Position numbers and translations under genes: made by a program | Assembly: GCA_965228855.1 (NCBI GenBank) | Contig: CBDDIJ010000002.1 | Coordinates: 1,344,001-1,408,000 of the forward strand | Length of the DNA stretch: 64,000 nt | Direction: 5' to 3' | Source of the DNA: Candidatus Obscuribacterales bacterium | GTDB lineage: Bacteria; Cyanobacteriota; Vampirovibrionia; Obscuribacterales; Obscuribacteraceae | Notes under the pieces: model-generated | The model's database searches: none | Told to the model about the DNA's origin: nothing | The model's input: the letters and a program-made list of their open reading frames with translations, nothing else | In this document: positions 29,859-38,740 of the stretch, in pieces | Position numbering within the stretch: the stretch's first letter is position 1 | How the letters are laid out: every line of letters starts with the position of its first letter

Positions 29859-31161
29859 AATTGCTATAATTCTGATTCTGATTGTTTTCAACGCTATGTT
29901 TGTTGCGTCGGAGTTCGCCATCGTCTCTGCCCCGAAAGTTGCAATCGAAGGGAGAGCAGCTGCCGGTTCTAAGCGGGCAAAGCGGGTTCTCGATGTTCTT
30001 AAAACTCCTGCGCTCCAGGATAGATACATCGCGACGGCCCAGGTTGGTATCACAATCGCCAGTCTCGGTTTAGGTATGTACGGTGAGCAAGTTCTGGCGC
30101 ACTGGCTGGAGTCGTTGCTCGAGCATAGCACGCTTATCCAGGTTGCTTCGATTCACGGTATCGCGAGCATGACCGCTCTTCTTGTCCTCACCTATTTCCA
30201 CATTGTTCTTGGCGAAATGGTGCCGAAATCCCTGGCTCTGCAAAGATCGCAGTTGTTTCTAACATGGCTCGTGGTGCCGATGTCGTTTTTTACGAAGCTG
30301 TTTTGGCCGATAATATGGCTGTTAAACAGTTTCAGCAATTTGCTGTTGAGAAAACTGCTGGGAATCGACCGAGCCAAATCCAGCTTTGCCGCATTTACTC
30401 CTGAGGAAATCGAATTTATCGTTCAAGAGAGTGAAACCGAAGGCATCCTCAGTGACGAGATGGGCACGGTGATAAAGGAGTTGTTCGATTTCGGTGAACG
30501 CATAGCCGAAGACATCATGGTTCCTCGTGTTCACATGGTGGCATTGCCGATGCGCACTACTGGCATTGAGGTGCGCAAGGTGTTGAACACGTCGTTGCAT
30601 ACCAGGTATCCGGTTTTTCAGGGCGACAAGGATAACATTGTCGGCTCGGTCCATATCAAAGACCTGGGTTCGATAGTGGATGCGGATGGAATGGTTTCCC
30701 TGCCACTACGGCCGGTGCCATACCTTCCAGGCTCGGCCCCGATTCAGGCGGTACTCGACTCGATGAAGGAGTTCAGTACCCATATCGCCATCGTGCTGGA
30801 TGAATATGGCGGTACGGCCGGCTTCATCACCATTCAGGATGTGTTCGAGGAAGTGCTGGGAGATTATGAAACTGAGAATGCGCATCAAATCGAAAAGATG
30901 ATTGATGGTTCGTTGCGTGCGGCAGGCACGGTTCGGCTCGACGAAATCGCGGAGCTCTTCGAAATAGATCTGGAGCACGAGGAAGTCACAACCGTGAGTG
31001 GTCTCGTGCTCGATCAGTTGTCGCGACCCCCGCGAGTCGGCGATCAGATAAGGTATGAATCGGTTTCAATCACAGTCGTGCGTGTTCTTGGGCGGGGTGT
31101 GCACACCTGTACCATTAAGAAGGTTGAGAAGCCTGAAACCGCCGCAGCAGAAGAAGATTGA
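29851..31161 (+). CDS. CNNM/HlyC-CorC family transporter (second paralog)
   Basis: NAMFVASEFA, AQVGIT, GEMVPK, HTRYPV, DEYGGTAGFIT. GTG start overlaps the previous stop. Confidence 0.92.
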   Translation: MFEIAIILILIVFNAMFVASEFAIVSAPKVAIEGRAAAGSKRAKRVLDVLKTPALQDRYIATAQVGITIASLGLGMYGEQVLAHWLESLLEHSTLIQVASIHGIASMTALLVLTYFHIVLGEMVPKSLALQRSQLFLTWLVVPMSFFTKLFWPIIWLLNSFSNLLLRKLLGIDRAKSSFAAFTPEEIEFIVQESETEGILSDEMGTVIKELFDFGERIAEDIMVPRVHMVALPMRTTGIEVRKVLNTSLHTRYPVFQGDKDNIVGSVHIKDLGSIVDADGMVSLPLRPVPYLPGSAPIQAVLDSMKEFSTHIAIVLDEYGGTAGFITIQDVFEEVLGDYETENAHQIEKMIDGSLRAAGTVRLDEIAELFEIDLEHEEVTTVSGLVLDQLSRPPRVGDQIRYESVSITVVRVLGRGVHTCTIKKVEKPETAAAEED

Positions 31162-31220
31162 ACGTTTGTTGATGTCAAGGATTGCCTGGTGGGCGTGCAC
31201 CTGTCAACATATTTGCGTTC

Positions 31221-31245
31221 AAAGTTGACTAAGTTAGTCGACTTT
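31221..31245. promoter_or_regulatory. Palindromic Rrf2-type operator overlapping a TTGACT -35 element
   Basis: AAAGTTGACTAA-G-TTAGTCGACTTT (11 of 12 arm positions match), 48 nt before the Rrf2 ATG. Resembles the IscR type-1 GACT-N5-AGTC motif. Confidence 0.75.
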
Positions 31246-31293
31246 ATCTAAAACTCACATTGAACAGGTACAGGAGTGGTTCACCACTAAGTC

Positions 31294-31704
31294 ATGAAGG
31301 TTTCCCGGCGGGGTGAGTACGCGATAAAAGCCTTAATGTATCTGGGCGCTAAAGACGCCCCTTCTGGTGCGACCACATCGGAGATAGCTAAACATGCTCA
31401 AATTCCGGAACCATTTCTCAACCAGATTCTGCTTGTCCTCAAGAACGGCGGGTTGTTGCGGAGTCGTCGAGGAGCGAATGGGGGCTATGTGCTCAACAAG
31501 CCCAAGGGAGAAATCACTATCGGTGAAATCTCCAGGCTTATGGACGGACCGCTTGCGCCGATTCCGTGCGCATCGGTGACGGCTTACGAGCCCTGTCCGA
31601 GCTGCCCGGAGCCTGAGAGTTGTCGTCTAAGTCTGTTGATGAGAAAGGTGCGCGATTCAATTTCCGATATTCTCGATAACACGACATTAGAAGAGTTGGT
31701 TTAA
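31294..31704 (+). CDS. Rrf2 family transcriptional regulator with four Cys
   Basis: GEYAIKAL, IPEPFLNQIL, SRRGANGGY, C-x8-C-x2-C-x5-C. Confidence 0.93.
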   Translation: MKVSRRGEYAIKALMYLGAKDAPSGATTSEIAKHAQIPEPFLNQILLVLKNGGLLRSRRGANGGYVLNKPKGEITIGEISRLMDGPLAPIPCASVTAYEPCPSCPEPESCRLSLLMRKVRDSISDILDNTTLEELV

Positions 31705-31720
31705 GGAGTTCCTTGTTTTT

Positions 31721-32533
31721 ATGTTCGAGATATTTGCAGACCCGAATCTGTGGTTCTTTGCGATTGCCGGATTTATCGCGCAACTGATAGACGGCACGCT
31801 CGGAATGGCCTACGGCGTGAGCTGCACAACTCTGCTGCTGTTTCTCGGCATTGCGCCGGCGACTGCAAGTGCGAGCGTTCACACGGCAGAGCTTTTCACG
31901 ACTGCCGCGTCTGCGTTTTTTCATTTCAAGGAAAAGAATATTGATTTTTCGTTCCTGAGAAGGCTTGTAATTCCTGGTGTCGCGGGTGGTATCTTTGGTG
32001 CGTATGTCCTGAGTAGTTTTCCCGGCGAAGTCATTAAACCCTGGGTTTCCGTTTATCTTCTAATTATGGGAGGAGTTATCCTCTGGAAGGCGTTTAGAAA
32101 AGTTAGCGGTGAGCCCAAGGAAGCGAAATTGGGACCGCTCGGTTTCATCGGCGGGTTTGTCGATGCCGTTGGTGGTGGCGGTTGGGGACCGGTCGTGACA
32201 TCGACTCTGGTCGCCAGCGGTAAAAGCCCTCGTTACGTTATTGGGTCTGTTAACGCGGCAGAATTTTTTGTTGCTCTTGGGACTTCCACCGCGTTCTTTG
32301 TAGCGCTGGGAAGCGTCTATCTGACCGCCATTGTCGGGCTCGTCATGGGCGGTTTGGTGGCTGCGCCGATTGCAGCGAGCATGTGTAAGCACGTTAAGCC
32401 GAAACCAATGATGGTGGCAGTTGGTTGTTTGATCGTCCTTATCAGTTGTCGAAACATTCATCATATTCCAGGTCAAATCGCGCAGGTGCACTCGGCGTTC
32501 ATCGCCGCAACTCAGGGCACTCCGGTTCAATAA
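31721..32533 (+). CDS. TauE/SafE family sulfur-oxyanion transporter
   Basis: AQLIDGTLGMAYG, ASASVH, DAVGGGGWGP, GSVNAAEF. Confidence 0.9.
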   Translation: MFEIFADPNLWFFAIAGFIAQLIDGTLGMAYGVSCTTLLLFLGIAPATASASVHTAELFTTAASAFFHFKEKNIDFSFLRRLVIPGVAGGIFGAYVLSSFPGEVIKPWVSVYLLIMGGVILWKAFRKVSGEPKEAKLGPLGFIGGFVDAVGGGGWGPVVTSTLVASGKSPRYVIGSVNAAEFFVALGTSTAFFVALGSVYLTAIVGLVMGGLVAAPIAASMCKHVKPKPMMVAVGCLIVLISCRNIHHIPGQIAQVHSAFIAATQGTPVQ

Positions 32534-32617
32534 ACCTGAGACCGGCTGGTTGAAACCGGCGTAGCGGTTCGAAAAACAAACAAAGTTAAATGATAAAGCG
32601 CTTAGAAGGGCTTCGCC

Positions 32618-33289
32618 ATGCGTTTGATTTTTACTGTCATTTTGATATTCACCGGTTTAATCACCACGGCATCGCCGGCGGTGGCGGTTCCCGGGCTGGA
32701 GCAGATATGGTTGCACGCCCCCACTCAGTACAAGGTGACCGAGAAGACCAGCTTGATTGGCGATTTGAGCCCTCGATTCGGTACCGACGACGGGCAATTG
32801 GATCAGATGATTTTGCGAACAGGTGTGCAGAGAAAACTGACGCGAAATGTTTCCGGCACGCTTGGATTCGATTCGGTCGACAACTACGATCCCTCGAGGA
32901 ACCACGAGAATCGAATTTGGCAGCAGTTACAGGCGCAGCATCGTATCAAGTCTTACACTTTCACGTCACGGATCCGTATGGAGGAGCGCCACTGGAACGG
33001 TACGCCGGGTAGCTCGGTTCGGTGGCGCATGATGATGAAATCTGCCCAAAGAATCGGTGCCTCTCGATTTAGCGTAATTTATTCCGATGAGTTGTTTCTG
33101 ACACTAAATACGATGCCGGACGGACCGGCAGCAGGAGTTGATAGAAATCGCTTGTTCGCAGGGATGGGTTATGCTATCGACAGGAACAAAAACCTGGAAG
33201 CGGGTTATCGGGTCGAATACATTAATAAAACGGATACCGATGATGAAACCAGGCGTCAGATTGTTGTGCAGATGGCCAGTATGTTTTAA
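32618..33289 (+). CDS. DUF2490-like outer-membrane beta-barrel protein
   Basis: Signal peptide, ENRIWQQ, RMEER, DELF, DRNRLFAG, LEAGY, terminal Phe. Confidence 0.8.
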   Translation: MRLIFTVILIFTGLITTASPAVAVPGLEQIWLHAPTQYKVTEKTSLIGDLSPRFGTDDGQLDQMILRTGVQRKLTRNVSGTLGFDSVDNYDPSRNHENRIWQQLQAQHRIKSYTFTSRIRMEERHWNGTPGSSVRWRMMMKSAQRIGASRFSVIYSDELFLTLNTMPDGPAAGVDRNRLFAGMGYAIDRNKNLEAGYRVEYINKTDTDDETRRQIVVQMASMF

Positions 33290-33326
33290 CGCCGGGCTGA
33301 TTTTCGTCGTTTAGACCTTTGTTTTC

Positions 33327-34157
33327 TTACTCGCAGATAAACCAGGGGTTCAACAAATCTTGCTTGTTGTAAACCAGCTCTTCATCCTTGCCATACTGGA
33401 TCACGCGCTTTCCGCTTTCGTTGATCACAATGTGTCCGGCGGCGGTGTCCCACTCGGAAGTTGGAGCGAGGCGAGGATACATGTCTGCGGTTCCGTCTGC
33501 GACGAGGCAGAATTTCAGAGCGCTTCCCGACTTTACAAAGTCTATCTGACTGCGAGTTTCTTGAAGCTTATTCATGTAGTCGACCATCGCAGGTGACTGG
33601 TGCGAACGGCTGCCGACTACTTTGATCGGTCCATCGACAGGAATTGGATTAGCCTTGATTTGCAGCGGCTCTCCACCATCTTTGATCTTGAAGGCGCCCT
33701 GCTCTCGGCTGGCAAAATAAGTCACTCGCAGTGCCGGAGCATGCACCACCCCTAGTATCGGTCGATTATTCTCTACCAGCGCAATATTGATCGTAAATTC
33801 GTCTGTGCGATTCACAAACTCTTTTGTGCCATCGACGGGATCGACACACCAGAGGTATTCCCAGGATTTTCTCTCTTCCCATTCAACCAGTGATTCTTCA
33901 GAGAGTATCGGTATGGATGGGGTTAAGTGAGCGAGTCCGGCTTTGATAATTCTATTTGCCGCCAGGTCAGCCTCTGTAAGCGGGCTGGCGTCTTCTTTAT
34001 GCTGAACTGCGAAATCGGTTTTGTAAATTTCCATCACGGCATCGCCGGCTTCGAGCGCGATAGCCACGACTTTCATTGGATCGAATGAAACACCGATTTT
34101 CTCGATCGCGAAGATTGGCGCGCCAGCAGGTTTTACCTGGTTACCGATTAGACTCAT
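33327..34157 (-). CDS. cysQ: 3'(2'),5'-bisphosphate nucleotidase (PAP phosphatase)
   Basis: KEDASPLTEAD, ILSEE, VDPVDGTKEF, GSALKFC, EWDTAAG. ATG 34157 follows AGGAG. Confidence 0.95.
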   Translation of the reverse strand: MSLIGNQVKPAGAPIFAIEKIGVSFDPMKVVAIALEAGDAVMEIYKTDFAVQHKEDASPLTEADLAANRIIKAGLAHLTPSIPILSEESLVEWEERKSWEYLWCVDPVDGTKEFVNRTDEFTINIALVENNRPILGVVHAPALRVTYFASREQGAFKIKDGGEPLQIKANPIPVDGPIKVVGSRSHQSPAMVDYMNKLQETRSQIDFVKSGSALKFCLVADGTADMYPRLAPTSEWDTAAGHIVINESGKRVIQYGKDEELVYNKQDLLNPWFICE

Positions 34158-34343
34158 CTGTATCTCCTGGGCGCTGCTGCGCCATCTTTCATCTCCTAAA
34201 ATGATATGTTGCCGTCTCGGTGCCAACATTTGACCGATTTAAGGCGATTGTGTTTCTAAAAAGGTGAATCGCGGCGACGCCCACCGGTGCCTCTTATGAA
34301 CTTTCGCTAAAGGAAACAGAGCTTGTCTTTTGGTAAAGTTGAC

Positions 34344-34369
34344 AACCAGATCAGTACTCTGATCTGGTT
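34344..34369. promoter_or_regulatory. Perfect inverted repeat next to TTGACA
   Basis: AACCAGATCAG-tact-CTGATCTGGTT. TTGACA at 34339-34344. Confidence 0.5.
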
Positions 34370-34389
34370 TAGAGAAACGGTTGCGCATA

Positions 34390-36240
34390 ATGCAATTAGC
34401 GGATCCGGCGACTGGCACCGAATACGGTGCGGTGCCGGGAGTGAGTGAAGACGAGAGAGAAACCCCGGCGGAAAACGGCTGGACTCGCCTCTGCGCGCGC
34501 CGCCCCTGGGTGTCGGGAACGATTGTATTTGCACTCATCGTGGGGCTTGAGGTCGTGTTATTCGGCTCGTCGCTGAAGAAGACTGGCTTTTACCTCGATG
34601 ATTGGTTGATGCTAAAACAGTTGGCGTTCGGTCCGCAAAACTACGCCGACATGGTCTATACGTATCTGACCACCGATCCGCGAGTGATCATCCGTCCAAT
34701 CGAGGCTTTGCATTTTGGAACGGTCTTCTTCTTCAGCGGAACAGATCCAGTCGGCTGGCGCCTGTCCAACATGGTGATGGAGGTGTTGTCCGCATTCTTC
34801 GTCTACCTGGTCGTCGCCAGATTGTCAGCCAGCCGCCTGATGGGATTTTTCGCCGCTGTTTTCTTCATGGCTTACCCGGTGCACGACTCTACCCACTACT
34901 GGGCTGTTTGCAGCTGCGTATCACTGAGTTTGACGCTATATCTCGCCAGTCTCTGGTCCACGTTGAAGGCTGCGGTCGCGTCTTCCGGAATGTACAGAAA
35001 CGTGTGGCTCGCGTCGGCATACGTTTGCTTCGCCTTGAGCATTTACGGTTATGAACCGTTTCTTCCGCTCTGCGCCCTGAACGCTGCTGTATTTGTTTTG
35101 CTGACCCGTGGTTTCAAACCATTTGCACCTGCCGCACTGAATGTTTTTCTTCACAGCGTTCCATACGCGCTTATCATCGGCAGTTTGCTGCTGTACCAGA
35201 GAACCATCGTGCCGTTGGTTTTAAAAGCTGCTTTGCACAAAATTCATTTTGAACCCGGATTGATCGCGGGCACGATTTTGGAAGGTTTTCGGGTTACTTC
35301 GCCTATTGCGATGGGACCGTTTATTTCGCAGCAGGTGAACTCCTTCGCATCTAGTGGCGAGCTAAACGGTGGTGCGATAATTCGACTGTCAGCCCTGGCA
35401 ATCTTAATAGTGGGCGGCGTGTTCGTTTCCCTTAACGACGCAAACCGCTTGAGTCGAAGGTCTGCTCTGGTTCTCATGACTATCGGTTTGCTAACCGTCG
35501 CTGCCTCGTATTCGATTTTTGGCTTGAATCCCGAGTACACGCCAACCCTGATAACGCTGGTAAACAGGATAAATACCGGTGCCGCTTTTGGTTTTTCCAT
35601 CTTTGTCGCCGGTCTTCTTTCGCTGTTTCTCGCGCCGTCGCAATCGAGTTCACCTGGGCTTGCAAAAGTTTCAATCACCACGTTTGTTTTCACGGGATTT
35701 ATCGCACTGTTCACCATGGTGAACTGGAATCTCGGCAAACCATGGGAGATTTCATGGTCTGTGCAGGAGAGAACTTTTGACGCCTTCCACGCGAGAAAGG
35801 AAGAGTTTAAAAACGCTAAAAGCGTTGTTTTGATGAACTGCCCTCGGTATGTCGACGCCACGCCGGTCTTCGACGGTCCCTGGGATTTCGAACAGCAGCT
35901 GCACCTCGCCTTGCATAGAACTGATGTCACGGGCGGTGTCGTCTCCGAACGCCTTATTGTTGGTCCTGATTCGGTGCAAGATGTCACCATGAATTTTGCC
36001 TGTGCTGAATACCCGTTTAAAGACCTGGTTCTCGTAACTCCGGGACTCACCGCAGTGGCTCCTGTCTCGTCGCCAACTCAATTCATCGATGTGGTCGAGC
36101 GAGAGGGGCGGCAGTTTGGTCTGTCGGAAGAAACGATTGAAAGCTGGAGAGCTCAGGTTGAGAATGGTGTTCGCCGCAAGAAGAATGGCGTGCTGGAGCC
36201 GTTGAAAAAGAAACTTTCGTTTTCATCGGCGGAGAAGTAG
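34390..36240 (+). CDS. GT-C-like polytopic membrane protein
   Basis: GFYLDDW after TM1, IRPI, YEP, more than 10 TM helices, periplasmic C-terminal domain. Confidence 0.7.
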   Translation: MQLADPATGTEYGAVPGVSEDERETPAENGWTRLCARRPWVSGTIVFALIVGLEVVLFGSSLKKTGFYLDDWLMLKQLAFGPQNYADMVYTYLTTDPRVIIRPIEALHFGTVFFFSGTDPVGWRLSNMVMEVLSAFFVYLVVARLSASRLMGFFAAVFFMAYPVHDSTHYWAVCSCVSLSLTLYLASLWSTLKAAVASSGMYRNVWLASAYVCFALSIYGYEPFLPLCALNAAVFVLLTRGFKPFAPAALNVFLHSVPYALIIGSLLLYQRTIVPLVLKAALHKIHFEPGLIAGTILEGFRVTSPIAMGPFISQQVNSFASSGELNGGAIIRLSALAILIVGGVFVSLNDANRLSRRSALVLMTIGLLTVAASYSIFGLNPEYTPTLITLVNRINTGAAFGFSIFVAGLLSLFLAPSQSSSPGLAKVSITTFVFTGFIALFTMVNWNLGKPWEISWSVQERTFDAFHARKEEFKNAKSVVLMNCPRYVDATPVFDGPWDFEQQLHLALHRTDVTGGVVSERLIVGPDSVQDVTMNFACAEYPFKDLVLVTPGLTAVAPVSSPTQFIDVVEREGRQFGLSEETIESWRAQVENGVRRKKNGVLEPLKKKLSFSSAEK

Positions 36241-36243
36241 TTG

Positions 36244-37635
36244 ATGAAAGCAGCAGGCGATACCATTCAATTGCAGATGTCGAGTCCCGGAGAACCACTC
36301 GGTTCCGACTCAATTGCGACAATTGAAACCTCTACGAGCAATCGTTCCAGTTCATCCGGAAACTCTTCAGCTATCATCGAAATTCTGGTGCTCGTCGCGT
36401 TGACGTTGGCTGTTCGCGTTCCCTGGATTTTTATGACCCCCATCAGCCAGGCTCCTGATGAAGGCGCGCATTACTGGGTGATAGATTTCATTCGCGCGAA
36501 TCTGCGTTTGCCCGAATTGACGGATATGATGAAGGAGCCGAACTCCGCTTACTACGGCGCCTTGATGCCGTTCAGCTATTTCCCGCACGTACTCTGCGGA
36601 CTTCTCATGCCCTGGTTTCAACCCGCTCTGGCCTATCGTTTCGGTAGTCTCTTCATGGGCGTTGTCAGTGTGGTCGCTGCTCGTGGTATCGGGTATGAGC
36701 TATTTCCAAAATCGAAACTGGTGGCGCTGGCGGTGCCGCTGTTTTTAGTCTTCCATGCTCAGCTTGCTTTCGTTAACGGCTATTCGAACAATGATTCGAC
36801 CTCGATGGCCGTTTCCACGCTCGCATTGTATGCGGCGTTGATTGCAGTAAGGCGAGGCATTTCTTTTAAATCCTCGATTGCTTTCGGCATCATCGGAGGT
36901 CTGCTTGCACTGAGCAAACCTACCACCTATTGCATCGTGCCTGTGTTGTTTCTAGCTCTCGCAATGTCGCCGTTCTTCAATCGCGAATCGGTACGTTCAT
37001 ACGCCAGCAAGCTTGCCACCATGTTCTCTGTCGCGTTGGTTATCGCGCTACCATTTTTTGCTCGAAACTGGTTCTGCTTCAACGGTGACTTGCTCGGCAT
37101 GCGAACCATGCTCGATCTCTGGTGGTCGCACTATGGAAAACCTGCGCAGCTTTATCGTTGGCCTGTCGTGGATAACGCTGATTGGCGTTATTGTGCGTAC
37201 GTGAGTTACATTGGAAACCTGGGCAATATGGATCGCTTGCTGCCCTCGAGAATCTACAAGCTATTCTCGCTCGGTATCACGCTGTCGACTGTCGGCTGGG
37301 TGATTGCTTCTGTCTGGTCCTTCGTGCGCAAGTCTGCTGTGCAAGCTACGGAACGCAATCTATCGATTTGTTTGTGGTCGTTGGTCGGTTTGTCTTTTCT
37401 TTTAAACTTCCTCGCGCTGATCGCGGGCTCCGCATCCCTTAATGCCACCGGTCCGCCGCAAGGGCGATATCTGTTTCCCTCAGAAGCGGCTATAGCTGCG
37501 CTTCTAATAGGTGGTTTGAGTAAGGTGGGTCGGCTTGCGGTGGTGTTGTTTATCGCACTGAATATGGTGGCAACCATCGTTAGTTTAAACATGCTGTATC
37601 CGGTCTGGCATTTTGACGTGAACATTTTCCGCTAG
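36244..37635 (+). CDS. GT-C-like membrane glycosyltransferase (DUF2142/GT39-like)
   Basis: QAPDEGAH, SNND, LSKPT, QGRYLFP. Confidence 0.75.
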   Translation: MKAAGDTIQLQMSSPGEPLGSDSIATIETSTSNRSSSSGNSSAIIEILVLVALTLAVRVPWIFMTPISQAPDEGAHYWVIDFIRANLRLPELTDMMKEPNSAYYGALMPFSYFPHVLCGLLMPWFQPALAYRFGSLFMGVVSVVAARGIGYELFPKSKLVALAVPLFLVFHAQLAFVNGYSNNDSTSMAVSTLALYAALIAVRRGISFKSSIAFGIIGGLLALSKPTTYCIVPVLFLALAMSPFFNRESVRSYASKLATMFSVALVIALPFFARNWFCFNGDLLGMRTMLDLWWSHYGKPAQLYRWPVVDNADWRYCAYVSYIGNLGNMDRLLPSRIYKLFSLGITLSTVGWVIASVWSFVRKSAVQATERNLSICLWSLVGLSFLLNFLALIAGSASLNATGPPQGRYLFPSEAAIAALLIGGLSKVGRLAVVLFIALNMVATIVSLNMLYPVWHFDVNIFR

Positions 37636-37752
37636 TCCTGGGCGCTCGTGAACGTTTACATCTCCGAAACAGCCTGATGTCGGTTTTCCGGCGCAGCGAT
37701 CAACAGTCGCTTTGCGCGTGTATACTTACGGACCACTGCGAAGGAGAAAGTC

Positions 37753-38736
37753 ATGAGCACGCCAAGCAAAGGCATAGAGCCGACCACGCTGAAATTCCTG
37801 GATACTGTTAACGCCAGCACCGACCCGCCTATTTACAAATTGCCACCCGCAAAAGCTCGGGAGGTGCTGGAAGGCGCGCAAAAAGGCGATGTCGAGAAAA
37901 TGGCTGCCGACATCGAGGATATAAAAGTTTCCGGCGGCCCCAATGGTGATATCGCAGTCAAAATCGTCCGGCCGAAGAATTCCAAAGATGCGCTTCCTGC
38001 TGTTATTTACGTGCATGGCGCCGGATGGGTTTTAGGCGGTTGGTCTACGCATGACCGCTTGGTTTTGGAACTGGCAAATCAAGCCCAGGTGGCGATGGTT
38101 TATGTCGACTACAGTCGCTCTCCCGAGGCGAAGTATCCGACCGCGATTGAAGAATCTTATCTGGTCACCAAGTATATTGCTGAGAACGCGAAGAAGTTGA
38201 ACATCGACTCGTCGAAGCTTGCTATTGCCGGCGATAGTGTTGGTGGCAACATGGCGACTGCTGTTTGTATGTTGGCTCAGGAGAGAGGTGGGCCGCGGAT
38301 CGATCTGCAAGTTCTGTTTTACCCGGTAACGGACGCGAATTTCGACAGTGAGTCTTATCGAAAGTTTGGAGAGAAGCACTTTTTGACGACGGAAGCGATG
38401 AAGTGGTTCTGGGATCAATATACGACTGATGAGACGGACCGCAAAGCGCCTACCGTTAGCCCCTTGCAAGCACCGCTGGACTTGTTGGGTAAACTGCCGG
38501 CTGCGGTCGTGATTACTGCGGAGAATGACGTTCTTCGCGATGAGGGCGAGGCGTATGCGCATAAGTTGATTGAAGCTGGTGTTCACGTAACAGCAATGCG
38601 CTGTCTTGGTACCATCCATGATTTCGTAATGTTGAATGCTTTATCCGGGACGCCCGCTGCTAGATTGGCGATTGAAACCGCTTCTGCCGAGCTGAAGAAA
38701 CATCTGCACCCGGCGCTTGCCGGAGTTCGCAAGTAG
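37753..38736 (+). CDS. Alpha/beta hydrolase (HSL-family esterase)
   Basis: HGAGW, GDSVGG, DVLRDEGE, HDF. Confidence 0.93.
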   Translation: MSTPSKGIEPTTLKFLDTVNASTDPPIYKLPPAKAREVLEGAQKGDVEKMAADIEDIKVSGGPNGDIAVKIVRPKNSKDALPAVIYVHGAGWVLGGWSTHDRLVLELANQAQVAMVYVDYSRSPEAKYPTAIEESYLVTKYIAENAKKLNIDSSKLAIAGDSVGGNMATAVCMLAQERGGPRIDLQVLFYPVTDANFDSESYRKFGEKHFLTTEAMKWFWDQYTTDETDRKAPTVSPLQAPLDLLGKLPAAVVITAENDVLRDEGEAYAHKLIEAGVHVTAMRCLGTIHDFVMLNALSGTPAARLAIETASAELKKHLHPALAGVRK

Positions 38737-38740
38737 GTTT

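Noticed and set aside
35244..36050. 268-aa minus-strand ORF
   Set aside because: Antisense shadow of the GT-C gene.
38032..38619. 195-aa minus-strand ORF
   Set aside because: Antisense shadow of the esterase.
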